This document shows, one piece after another, positions 1 to 8,061 of a DNA stretch of 38,056 nt (position 1 is its first letter; every line of letters starts with the position of its first letter). The translations under genes were made by a program, and so were the position numbers. Source of the DNA: Bdellovibrionales bacterium (GTDB lineage Bacteria > Pseudomonadota > Alphaproteobacteria > UBA9219). The stretch lies in contig JBFXDW010000002.1 in assembly GCA_050180745.1 (NCBI GenBank), positions 1 to 38,056 of the forward strand, written 5' to 3'. The notes beneath the pieces were generated by a model, which saw nothing but the letters and a program-made list of their open reading frames with translations, did no database searches and was not told the DNA's origin.

Positions 1-3000
1 GATTGCCGCGCGAACCGTCCAGAACGTCCAGGCAGCCCGTTCCCTCGAGAACGCCGTCAACGCCATTGGTATTCGGTGAGACAGCCCAAGCTATATCCGT
101 CAAATCCCAAACGACGCCGTCCGAAAAGGTAATCTCAGAGACACCCCATTGATCGTTCAGGTTTCCGCCGCCAAAGAGGTTAGGTTTGACGCCTGTGAAT
201 TGGTTTTTAACGGTCAAGGACTGGTTTGTGTTCTTGTCGGTCAGGATAAGATCGATACCCACGCGTTTTGCGATAACATCCGTCGACTTAAGTGATGCAA
301 ATCTAAGGATGTCGGGCTCTTGAGGTCCCAAAGGCGGCTCATCGTCATAAATGGTTGTCCCGTCAAACTGCGCGCCGACAACATAGTTGTCAGGGCCAAG
401 CTTCCCATCGACCGTTAGATTGTTTCCAGAAATATAGAATATGTCGTTCGAATTCGTTCCCGTCAGAACATCCCCGCCGGACACGATCTGTTCGCTGGGG
501 ATGCCGAGCGCAGCCGCAGCCGTCTTCAGGTCAATCGGAAGGCCCACGGCTTCATAAGCCGCCACAAGATTGACAAAGCGATAGCCATAGGTCACATCCA
601 ACCCATTTTCACGCGAGAAGTCGCGCAGCACCACATCGAGGATGGGCTTCCATGCCGCAAGCCAATTTGCAGCGCCGCTCGCGTCGGCCGGGGATCCGCT
701 AAAGACCGCCTCATACATAGGCGTTAGTTGGTCGACCGTTGTCGCTTTAAATTTATTGCTCGTGGCATCATAACTGACGCCTTGGAAATAAGAGGCCAAT
801 GGTCCGCTCATGGCCAAATCGACCGTTATGATGTTCAAGGTCGAATAGAGCAGATTGACAACGGGACCAAGGGCAGCAAGGGCCGCGCTCGCGTTCTCAG
901 GTTCTCCGCCGAGGGGGATCTTATCACCCGTATAGCGCTCCATAAAATCAAGCTGAGCGCCGGAGATGCGGGTCCACGCTCCGTTCTCAGGCGTTTGAGC
1001 CATAACTTGTTCGTAGCTCGGATAGTCAATGACGCCGCCCAGAGCATCCGTCACGTCATGCCCGCTAGCAAGTTTCCAATACGTGCCATTCGCGTCTGTC
1101 ACTTGATAGGCAAAGTCGGTGACGCTCGTTCCCGTGTTATCGGTGACAATAAGTAGCGGCACATCGGTATGTCCAGAGGGCGTCACATTGATGGGGTTAC
1201 CGTTAACGTCCGTCACCACGACCGACTGTGCCCAAGCCGTCAGGACTGGGGTCACCGCATCACGCAAAGCGGCAAGGTCAAGTATATTGAGCGTGGGCAG
1301 CGTGCTTTGCACGACGGCGATCAAAGACGGATCTTGAGTCATGGCGACCTGAAGGTCGGTCAGCGTGCCAAAACCCTTGATATTGGGCATAAGCGCAGCC
1401 TCGGCGCTCACGGTCTTGTCGCCAAGATAAGTCGTGTTGAAGTTATCGACATGAAAGGCAACATCGGCAGCAAGGCCCGTCGTCCCGTCGGTGCGCGTGA
1501 ACGAGCCTTCCGAGAGAATCTGATTGCCCGAACTGAATTTCTTGTTCTGCGCAGCAGCGGACACACTGATCGAAGCAATTCCCGCCTCGTTAAGAGTCTG
1601 TAGCTCGCCGCTTTGCGTCGCCCCGTCCGCGTTTAGATCGCGCCAAACGCGCAAATCGCCAAAGATAGCGTCTTGGGAATCGATCATGCCATCATCGTTC
1701 TCGTCATACGTCGCCAAGACATCAAAGCCGTCCTGTCCGGAGGAGCCGAACATCTCACCGATATCGTCGATGGTGCCGTTGCCGTTCTTATCCTGAACCA
1801 AGAAACCATCCATCGGCTGAACCCAGCCAGTCGAAACAGCAAAGTTGTTGCCATTCATGTCAAACACAGGCCCGGTTCCGTATTGGTCTGTCAGCGCAAC
1901 CCCATCTCCATTCAGATCGAGCACAATCGGATCGACGCCCCGATAGATCGTCGTGCCGAGGTAGGCCTTGGCCAGCGCGTTCACAAACTGGAACTGCGTC
2001 TGCTGCCAATTTGAGGGAAGGTTTTTATCCATAAGCAGATAAGCGTCCAACCCTGCCTCGGCGACATAAATGCCTGCCGTGCTATTCTCATAAGGAACGC
2101 CGGGGCCGCCGACATAGTTGGCGATATACATTTGATCGCCGAACAAGTCCCGAACAACCAGCGCGCCCTGCGTGTTGATCCCATACCGCGTGCCGTCTGC
2201 GCCATAGGCATAGGGGCTTTCAGAGCCTATCCATTTGATGCCGCCATTGAGATTCCACAACCTATAGACACAAACACGGTCTGTTGGTTTCGCCCCGATG
2301 ATCTGAACGTTGTCCGAGACATTAAAATAATCTAATCCAGTTCCGGCATGGATGGTTGTGCCACTACCCGCATGACGCACAACGGACTCGCCGCTGCCTA
2401 GGAAGATGTTGAGGTTTGTTTCGTTGGTATCGACAATATACGTTAATGCCGAACCCGTTATGACGTTTTCAAAGTTCTTGGCTGTAATGCTTCCTTTAGA
2501 AGTCTTGATCAAAAACTCTTGCTGCCCATCCGAACCCGTAGTTTTTTTGATGGAAATTTTTTCCGTAAGCCCAGAAAGATCAAGCGTATCCGTCCCCGCG
2601 CCACCGTCAATTTCGATGGATGTGGGAAGTGTCGCGGAAGTGAGCTTCACGTAATTGTCCGATGCGCCGAGCTTCACCTTCTCCAAATCGAAGGCGTCAA
2701 CGGTTGTTGTATCGGAACCGTTGGCAAAATTAAGAATCGTCTCAGCATTGTTCTTTGTACCGCGCGAAAACTCAATCACGCCGCTGGTGGTGTTTGTTGA
2801 AAGATCGAGCGTATCGTTGCCCAATCCACCGGCGATTGTTTTCTTACCCAATCCAATTTGGAAGATATCATCCCCAGAGGCGCCAACTAATATATCGTCG
2901 CCATCGCCGCCGGAAAGAGTATCGTTTCCACTGCCTCCATAAAGAAAATCATTTCCTGCCGATCCAGTAATCTTGTCATTACCCGAACTACTGGCAAAGA

Positions 3001-4468
3001 TTGCCATCTTCCCATCATCTACCGCTTGGGCATTGGTAGCAGTTAAGTCACCTGTTGTTGTTGCAAAAGCAACGCTGCCCGTTTTTTGAACAAGCTCATC
3101 GGAGGTCATGTCGGACAGAACAAGGCCGGAGAAAAGCGAAGCGGTAAGAATGTCATTCACAAGTGTCTTGCGGCCAAGAATATTGGTTTCCGCTGCACCA
3201 GAGCTGCTGAATTTCCAAAGGTTATCTGCAAAACTGATTGTCAACACATCTTGCGGTTCTGACAATGACAACACGCCATTTAAAGCATTGGCATTTGTGT
3301 AAAGCCCACCAACAACGCTATTTAAATCGACGACCTTGTTGAGAGCCAACTCTCCAGCGTACTGCACCAATACTTTTGATATCGTAGCAGCTTCACCTGT
3401 CAGGTATGAAGATACGTTCGAAAAAGCCAAAGTCTTCCCAAGATCATTGGCGTCGTTGAACATGGACTGTATCGCCGTGTTGCCAAACACCCGCGTCCCT
3501 TCGTCAATGGCGGAATAAGCCAGAGTCTGACGAAGAACTTTATCTGTGGAATAGGAACTTGCAATGGTGCCAGCCCCTATAGTCTCGGCGAAACTAGAAT
3601 CAAACAACAAAGGAATAAAATATTGAGCCGCATTCTTCCAATCTTGTTCAACACCCTTGGCATACATCGTCATGACAAGAAGAGCCGCATCATGGCGATC
3701 AAGGGGACCTAGATCAACGCCAGAACCGAGACTTTGAGCTTCTGAGCTCAAGCTTTGCCCCGTCCGATTAAAAGCAAGAAATTCTCCTTCAACACAATAA
3801 GCCGTGCTGCTAACAATGCTCATGGGGCCTGTTGGCATCTGCCCGTTATAAACATCCTGCAAGAGCAGTTGGGAAGCGGTTCTATATTTAGCTTGCAGCT
3901 CTAGTCGTGTATTTTCCGCTTCTGGATCTGAAAATGGCGTGTCATACGGAGTAACTCCGTTATAAGCATCAAGTGCATATTCATATGTGTTCTGCGCAGC
4001 AAGCTCATAGGCCATATTGTCGAAAATAGTTACTGTCTCGTATTTGACAGCCCCAACCAATCCCGCCAAGCCACCGCCGAGAGAATGACCCGTTAAAGTG
4101 ATGTTTGTAACGTTGGGGGCATCAGCAATAGTGTTGTAAAATTGAAACGCAAGATCAGCTTGCACAGCTTCGGGACTTCCAGTTCCAACGCCCCAACCGT
4201 TCCAAAGATCAAGAGTCGTCGCCCAAATCGAAGTTTCATCCGTGCCCCGATACGAAATAACCGTACTCCCATCCGCCTCCTGATATGCTACCGCATAGAA
4301 ACCAGCGGCAATATCGAGTCGCGTTATTCCATCCTCTCCCAAAAGAATCGAAGAGTCCTTCGATATTGTAACATTGCCTATAGAAGTCCCAGTTAAATTG
4401 ATTCCTGATCCATATCCACGGTTATAGGCATCCATCGACAAAATGGCTTTAAAGAGGTCTGTGCTCAT
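1..4468 (-). CDS. Giant RTX-type secreted protein with N-terminal class-3 lipase domain (first 1489 codons; ORF continues past the left edge)
   Basis: The ATG at 4468 overlaps the upstream stop (ATGA). Hand translation gives MSTDLFKAILSMDAYNRGYGSG...GFYAVAYQEADGSTVISYRGTDE...NITLTGHSLGGGLAG, with the Ser codon at 4082-4084. RTX nonapeptides SGNDKITGSAGNDFLYGGSGNDTLSGGDGDDILVG lie at ~2882-2986 and IEIDGGAGTDTLDLSG at ~2570-2617. Asp-rich loops DKNGNGTIDD..DENDDGMID..DLNADG lie at ~1625-1795. A DILRFASL..DLILTD..LTVKNQF..VSEITFSDGVVW module (haemolysin-type Ca-binding related) lies at ~107-313. I checked the frame by hand at several points and found it open. The ORF is absent from the track because it has no stop inside the window. 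Confidence 0.85.
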   Translation of the reverse strand, partial: MSTDLFKAILSMDAYNRGYGSGINLTGTSIGNVTISKDSSILLGEDGITRLDIAAGFYAVAYQEADGSTVISYRGTDETSIWATTLDLWNGWGVGTGSPEAVQADLAFQFYNTIADAPNVTNITLTGHSLGGGLAGLVGAVKYETVTIFDNMAYELAAQNTYEYALDAYNGVTPYDTPFSDPEAENTRLELQAKYRTASQLLLQDVYNGQMPTGPMSIVSSTAYCVEGEFLAFNRTGQSLSSEAQSLGSGVDLGPLDRHDAALLVMTMYAKGVEQDWKNAAQYFIPLLFDSSFAETIGAGTIASSYSTDKVLRQTLAYSAIDEGTRVFGNTAIQSMFNDANDLGKTLAFSNVSSYLTGEAATISKVLVQYAGELALNKVVDLNSVVGGLYTNANALNGVLSLSEPQDVLTISFADNLWKFSSSGAAETNILGRKTLVNDILTASLFSGLVLSDMTSDELVQKTGSVAFATTTGDLTATNAQAVDDGKMAIFASSSGNDKITGSAGNDFLYGGSGNDTLSGGDGDDILVGASGDDIFQIGLGKKTIAGGLGNDTLDLSTNTTSGVIEFSRGTKNNAETILNFANGSDTTTVDAFDLEKVKLGASDNYVKLTSATLPTSIEIDGGAGTDTLDLSGLTEKISIKKTTGSDGQQEFLIKTSKGSITAKNFENVITGSALTYIVDTNETNLNIFLGSGESVVRHAGSGTTIHAGTGLDYFNVSDNVQIIGAKPTDRVCVYRLWNLNGGIKWIGSESPYAYGADGTRYGINTQGALVVRDLFGDQMYIANYVGGPGVPYENSTAGIYVAEAGLDAYLLMDKNLPSNWQQTQFQFVNALAKAYLGTTIYRGVDPIVLDLNGDGVALTDQYGTGPVFDMNGNNFAVSTGWVQPMDGFLVQDKNGNGTIDDIGEMFGSSGQDGFDVLATYDENDDGMIDSQDAIFGDLRVWRDLNADGATQSGELQTLNEAGIASISVSAAAQNKKFSSGNQILSEGSFTRTDGTTGLAADVAFHVDNFNTTYLGDKTVSAEAALMPNIKGFGTLTDLQVAMTQDPSLIAVVQSTLPTLNILDLAALRDAVTPVLTAWAQSVVVTDVNGNPINVTPSGHTDVPLLIVTDNTGTSVTDFAYQVTDANGTYWKLASGHDVTDALGGVIDYPSYEQVMAQTPENGAWTRISGAQLDFMERYTGDKIPLGGEPENASAALAALGPVVNLLYSTLNIITVDLAMSGPLASYFQGVSYDATSNKFKATTVDQLTPMYEAVFSGSPADASGAANWLAAWKPILDVVLRDFSRENGLDVTYGYRFVNLVAAYEAVGLPIDLKTAAAALGIPSEQIVSGGDVLTGTNSNDIFYISGNNLTVDGKLGPDNYVVGAQFDGTTIYDDEPPLGPQEPDILRFASLKSTDVIAKRVGIDLILTDKNTNQSLTVKNQFTGVKPNLFGGGNLNDQWGVSEITFSDGVVWDLTDIAWAVSPNTNGVDGVLEGTGCLDVLDGSRGN

Positions 4469-5154
4469 TGTGTGTTTCCTATCCGAAAGTCCTCATAGTC
4501 GTATGTTAGGGGATGTCCATAAGGGAGCGACTTTCTCCATTCTGGAAATCCGGACCCCTTCTTAAAAAACGGTAGATTATTCTCAATCCCCGTCGTCACA
4601 GGCTCATCGGTGATCTCGATGATTGCAGAAGCCAGCTTCACGCCTTCGCCAAACGTTGCCGCGAGGTTATTCGGATCAACACGCTCCACACTCTTGGGAT
4701 CGTTGATGTCCCTAAACCGCACCAGAATCGGAAAATAATCAGGCTCAAGCTGTTTTGTTGTGCCACTCTTCAATAAAGACAACACATTTAAATGCCAAAC
4801 GCCCGTTGGCGTTGTGCTGCCGTTATAACCGTGTTTTCCGAACATAGATAAAAATACATTCTTTCCATAATCCACGCCCAACGTGTCGTTACGCATAATC
4901 GCGAACAACAACCCACGCGGCCCAAGATCAATCACCACCGCTTCGCCTTTGACGCGTACATATGAATGAGCCTGCGGCAGCAGATCCGGCCCTGTTGCCA
5001 CATACACCTCCCTCACCACACTGCCCGTCTTGATCCCTTCTGGAGTCTCGACATTTATTGTCATCCGATAATTCCATGCGCCAAACGGATAGATCACATA
5101 TAAACATCCGATGAATGCCAGAATACCGAGCACAATAACCTTGAGCGTCTTCAT
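4465..5154 (-). CDS. Membrane-anchored hypothetical protein, paralog B (candidate immunity/accessory partner of the adjacent lipase)
   Basis: Track ORF 4465..5163. I prefer the ATG at 5154 (MKTLKVIVLGILAFIGCLYVIYPF, one N-terminal TM helix). Its leader cacgaaaggtgcgcggcATG matches the leader of paralog A, and it forms an ATGA overlap with the upstream ORF. Its stop overlaps the lipase-RTX ATG (ATGA, 4465-4468). Roughly half of residues are identical to paralog A (RF.DINDPKSVERVDPNNL, IEITDEP.TTGIE). I recognise no family. Confidence 0.7.
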   Translation of the reverse strand: MKTLKVIVLGILAFIGCLYVIYPFGAWNYRMTINVETPEGIKTGSVVREVYVATGPDLLPQAHSYVRVKGEAVVIDLGPRGLLFAIMRNDTLGVDYGKNVFLSMFGKHGYNGSTTPTGVWHLNVLSLLKSGTTKQLEPDYFPILVRFRDINDPKSVERVDPNNLAATFGEGVKLASAIIEITDEPVTTGIENNLPFFKKGSGFPEWRKSLPYGHPLTYDYEDFRIGNTQ

Positions 5155-5532
5155 GCCGCGCACCTTTCGTGTGATGTTGTTGTTTCTAAAACGGGTTCAT
5201 TTGCGTTCGCCGCTGTTTTATAAAACTGAAAAGCCAATGCTGCCTGCTGACCTTCAACACTTCCCGTCCCTACGCCCCAGCCATTCCAAAAATCGTTACC
5301 AAATGTAAATGGAACTGGATTATCCGTTCCCCTGTATGAAATCGTCACAGACCCATTCGCATCCTTATACGCTATCGCGTAAAAACCGGCGGCTTGAGCG
5401 TCAGCGTCGCCTTTCGATTTTAGAACAGTGGCGTTGCCAATTTGTGTTCCAACGGCATCCGAATTCTCGCCAAATTTTATCCCGGCACCATATCCGCGGT
5501 TGTAGAATTGCTTTAAAAAGGTCACTGCTCAT
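5151..5532 (-). pseudogene. Decayed 5' fragment of a class-3 lipase gene, paralogous to the first ~110 codons of the RTX-lipase
   Basis: Track ORF 5151..5525 (GTG start) reads ..FYNRGYGAG..GFYAIAYKDANGSVTISYRGTD..WNGWGVGTGS..ALAFQFYKT. This is collinear with residues 14-110 of the big protein but stops before the GHSLGG nucleophile. The ancestral ATG at 5532 (MSSDLFKAI versus MSTDLFKAI) is out of frame with the rest because 14 nt are missing relative to the full-length copy. Confidence 0.6.
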
Positions 5533-6233
5533 TGATTGGTTCCTTTCTGAAAGTCCCCTGAATGAAGAACATTTGAAAGCTCAGGACCTCCGCCGGCAAA
5601 TTGCCCATCAAGATAGCCTTTTCTGTGTGACGGCAACCACCCCAACATCTTCTCAATCCCCGTTGTTATCGGTTCATCGGTGATCTCGATGGTCGCGCCG
5701 ATCAGCTTCACGCCCGCGCCATAGGTTGCCGAGAGGTTGTTCGGATCAACCCGCTCCACACTCTTCGGATCGTTGATGTCCTTAAACCGAACCAGCATTG
5801 GGAAGTCTTGGCGTGTTAGCTCTACCTTCGTTCCGACCTTTAGTGTGTCAAAATACTCCACCCCTTTAGGGGTTACAGTTCCCGCACTTCCATTTTTTCC
5901 GAATGCAGATAAAAAGACATGATGCCCATAATCCTCGCCATATTTATCCCCTCGCATGAGACCGAATAGAACCCCTTGCTGCCCAAGATCGATTACGACG
6001 GCTTCGCCTCGAGAATAAGCGGATGAGGTTGAGAGTGGCATCAACTCCGGCGCAGTGATTATATGTACCTCCCGCACCGCGCTACCCGTCTTCACGCCTT
6101 CGGGCGTTTGCACCGTGAGGGTCATTTTGTACCGCCACGTGCCGGACGGATACTTCCATATCCAAAGGCCAACCAGCGAGACCGCCACCAGCGCGACAAT
6201 CGTCAAACATCCCATTCCTTTTCCTTTGCTCAT
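5529..6233 (-). CDS. Membrane-anchored hypothetical protein, paralog A (candidate orphan immunity/accessory protein)
   Basis: Track ORF 5529..6299 (GTG start). I prefer the ATG at 6233 (MSKGKGMGCLTIVALVAVSLVGLWIW, one TM helix), which is preceded by cacgaaaggcacgcgac with a GAAAGG Shine-Dalgarno-like motif. Its stop forms an ATGA overlap with the ancestral start of the lipase fragment (5529-5532). It is a paralog of 4465..5154. Confidence 0.7.
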   Translation of the reverse strand: MSKGKGMGCLTIVALVAVSLVGLWIWKYPSGTWRYKMTLTVQTPEGVKTGSAVREVHIITAPELMPLSTSSAYSRGEAVVIDLGQQGVLFGLMRGDKYGEDYGHHVFLSAFGKNGSAGTVTPKGVEYFDTLKVGTKVELTRQDFPMLVRFKDINDPKSVERVDPNNLSATYGAGVKLIGATIEITDEPITTGIEKMLGWLPSHRKGYLDGQFAGGGPELSNVLHSGDFQKGTNQ

Positions 6234-6421
6234 GTCGCGTGCCTTTCGTGTGGAAGATATTTTGATGATAGTGAAAGAAAAGATTCTTGAGACGGGCACA
6301 AAGGAGCCATCGTCTTTGCGGGTAGGAAGGGCTGCGTCTTTTGCATTGACATGAACACCTTCATCACAAACGTTATAGATAGATCGTGTCGGGGCGTAGG
6401 AGTAGCCTCTTTTTTAACGCA

Positions 6422-6451
6422 ATCATAAGGCTATTTTCAAACCCTTGTCAA
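6422..6451 (-). promoter_or_regulatory. Candidate sigma70-type promoter for the small-protein/lipase-RTX transcription unit
   Basis: The minus strand reads TTGACA (6451-6446), an 18-nt spacer, then TATGAT (6427-6422). It lies in the 200-bp gap between the hlyD-like stop (6501) and the first small-protein gene. Confidence 0.35.
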
Positions 6452-6500
6452 CGAGTGGGTTTATGGTTAATTTGTTGATTTAATATACTTATCGTAGCTT

Positions 6501-8060
6501 TTATCGCTCTCTCAACGCTTCATGCTTTGCGCGGATTATTGGGGAGAGAAGATAGCTTATGACGCGGCGGGAACCAGTCTTGATCTCGACCGTCACAGCC
6601 ATGCCGGGCGACAAGTTCACATCGCGGCCATCGATGTCCATTTGCGTTTGTTCTAACGAAACACGGGCGGCATAGACAAGCTCTTGCCCGTTTGGTTCAC
6701 TACTTTGATTTTCCGCGCCAGCCAAACTTCCCTTGTTTGTTTTATCGGCAGGTCGTTCACGCGTTATGGCGTCTTGTGAGATGGATTTGATCTGCCCTTG
6801 GATCAATCCGTAGCGCGTAAAATTGAATGTATCGATTTTGATAGCTGCTTCTTGTCCTACACGAACAAAACCTATCTCACGGTTAGGAACCATGGCCTCA
6901 ATCTCTAAATGGCTTCCAGTCGGAACGATAGCAAGCAACGCCTGCGCAGGAGTCACAACGCCGCCTTCGGTATGAATGGCAAGCTGTTGGACTGTACCAT
7001 CAACAGGCGCGGTGAGTGTTTGCAGTTTATGTTTCTGCGTTGCTTGTGCTAATTGCTCTTTCAGGCTCGCGGATTTTTGTTCGGCCTGAGCCAAATCGCC
7101 GAGGTTCTTTGCACGAAATTCTGCCTCGGCCTGCTTGCGTTGTTCTATCAAGGATGCCACGCCCGCCGTTGCCTCGGCGAGCCTTCCCTTTTGCACTTCA
7201 AGTTCCTGCGTTTTTTCAACCAAATCCTGTTGGGTTGCCAAGGTTTCCAGCTTGGACCCATAACCTTTGTCAGACAGATATTTGCGGACTTTCTCTCTTT
7301 CTTTTAAGAGAGGGATGGATTTTTCTAGCTTAACAATTGTTGACTGGACCGCAGCCATGTTACCATTGTTCTGCGCGATTTGGCGATCAAGGCTGGATAG
7401 TTTGGCTCTGCTTTCTTCCACTTGATTTTGAAGAAATGATTTTTGTGTTGCAATTTGCTCTTCGCTTGCCCCCTCCGGCGGAACAAAAGCGGACAGGGGA
7501 TCGACGGACTCTGACAGGACGGCTCGTAAACGCGCTACTTCAAGTTGCACAGAAACCCATTCGTTTTGAATTCTCTCTTTTTCAGCTTCACTAATTGTCG
7601 AGTCTATTTCAATCAAAACATCTCCGGCTTTGACGTGCTGTCCGTCCTGCACATGAATGACTTTGACAACGCCCGTTTCCATCGACTGAATGACTTTCGT
7701 TCGCTCGGTCGGCAAAATCTTGCCTTGAGCTGTCGTGATGATGTCCACCCGACCTAAACAAGCCCACGCAAGAGCAATCACAAAGAATAGAATGATCAGC
7801 CCAGCGATGGCTCTTCCCGAAGGCGATGGCGGCGTTTCAAGAACTTCAAGCGCCGCCGGATAAAACTCGATCTCTGGGTCGTTTTTGTTAAACGTTTTTG
7901 CCCAACTCATGGTGGAATGAAAAACGCTCTTCCTATGTGGCTCGGCCCAACTCCAGAATTTTTGTAAGGCGGGAAGGATGTGGGGTGCAAGTTTCTGCCA
8001 GATACGAGAAAAAAACACCGCCAGCTTTTCAGTAATCTTTTTTACAATTGCGTTTGTCAT
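6501..8060 (-). CDS. HlyD-family type I secretion periplasmic adaptor (membrane fusion protein)
   Basis: 519 aa with an N-terminal TM segment (AIAGLIILFFVIALAWACL), a long coiled-coil-like middle (EAEKERIQNEW..LEVQKGRLAEA..) and a C-terminal barrel-like region. The start lies 1 nt after the ABC gene stop. Confidence 0.9.
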   Translation of the reverse strand: MTNAIVKKITEKLAVFFSRIWQKLAPHILPALQKFWSWAEPHRKSVFHSTMSWAKTFNKNDPEIEFYPAALEVLETPPSPSGRAIAGLIILFFVIALAWACLGRVDIITTAQGKILPTERTKVIQSMETGVVKVIHVQDGQHVKAGDVLIEIDSTISEAEKERIQNEWVSVQLEVARLRAVLSESVDPLSAFVPPEGASEEQIATQKSFLQNQVEESRAKLSSLDRQIAQNNGNMAAVQSTIVKLEKSIPLLKEREKVRKYLSDKGYGSKLETLATQQDLVEKTQELEVQKGRLAEATAGVASLIEQRKQAEAEFRAKNLGDLAQAEQKSASLKEQLAQATQKHKLQTLTAPVDGTVQQLAIHTEGGVVTPAQALLAIVPTGSHLEIEAMVPNREIGFVRVGQEAAIKIDTFNFTRYGLIQGQIKSISQDAITRERPADKTNKGSLAGAENQSSEPNGQELVYAARVSLEQTQMDIDGRDVNLSPGMAVTVEIKTGSRRVISYLLSPIIRAKHEALRER

Positions 8061-8061
8061 A

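Noticed and set aside
2570-2660. Suspected frameshift/stop in the RTX gene near 2606
   Set aside because: It arose from my own mis-transcription of line 2581. Re-reading the line gives a continuous frame (..DNYVKLTSATLPTSIEIDGGAGTDTLDLSGLTEK..), so there is no pseudogenisation here.
355-4396. Many 60-144-aa plus-strand ORFs in the first 4.4 kb
   Set aside because: All lie antisense to, or out of frame with, the long minus-strand RTX-lipase frame. That frame shows clear lipase and RTX motifs and stayed open wherever I hand-checked it; the track lists no complete ORF in that frame, which also fits an uninterrupted frame.
1-4468. RTX protein as a LapA-like adhesin substrate of the BTLCP protease at 29199
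   Set aside because: The protein starts directly with a lipase domain and has no N-terminal retention module that I can see. The protease gene is 25 kb away, appears truncated, and no LapD-like gene is present.
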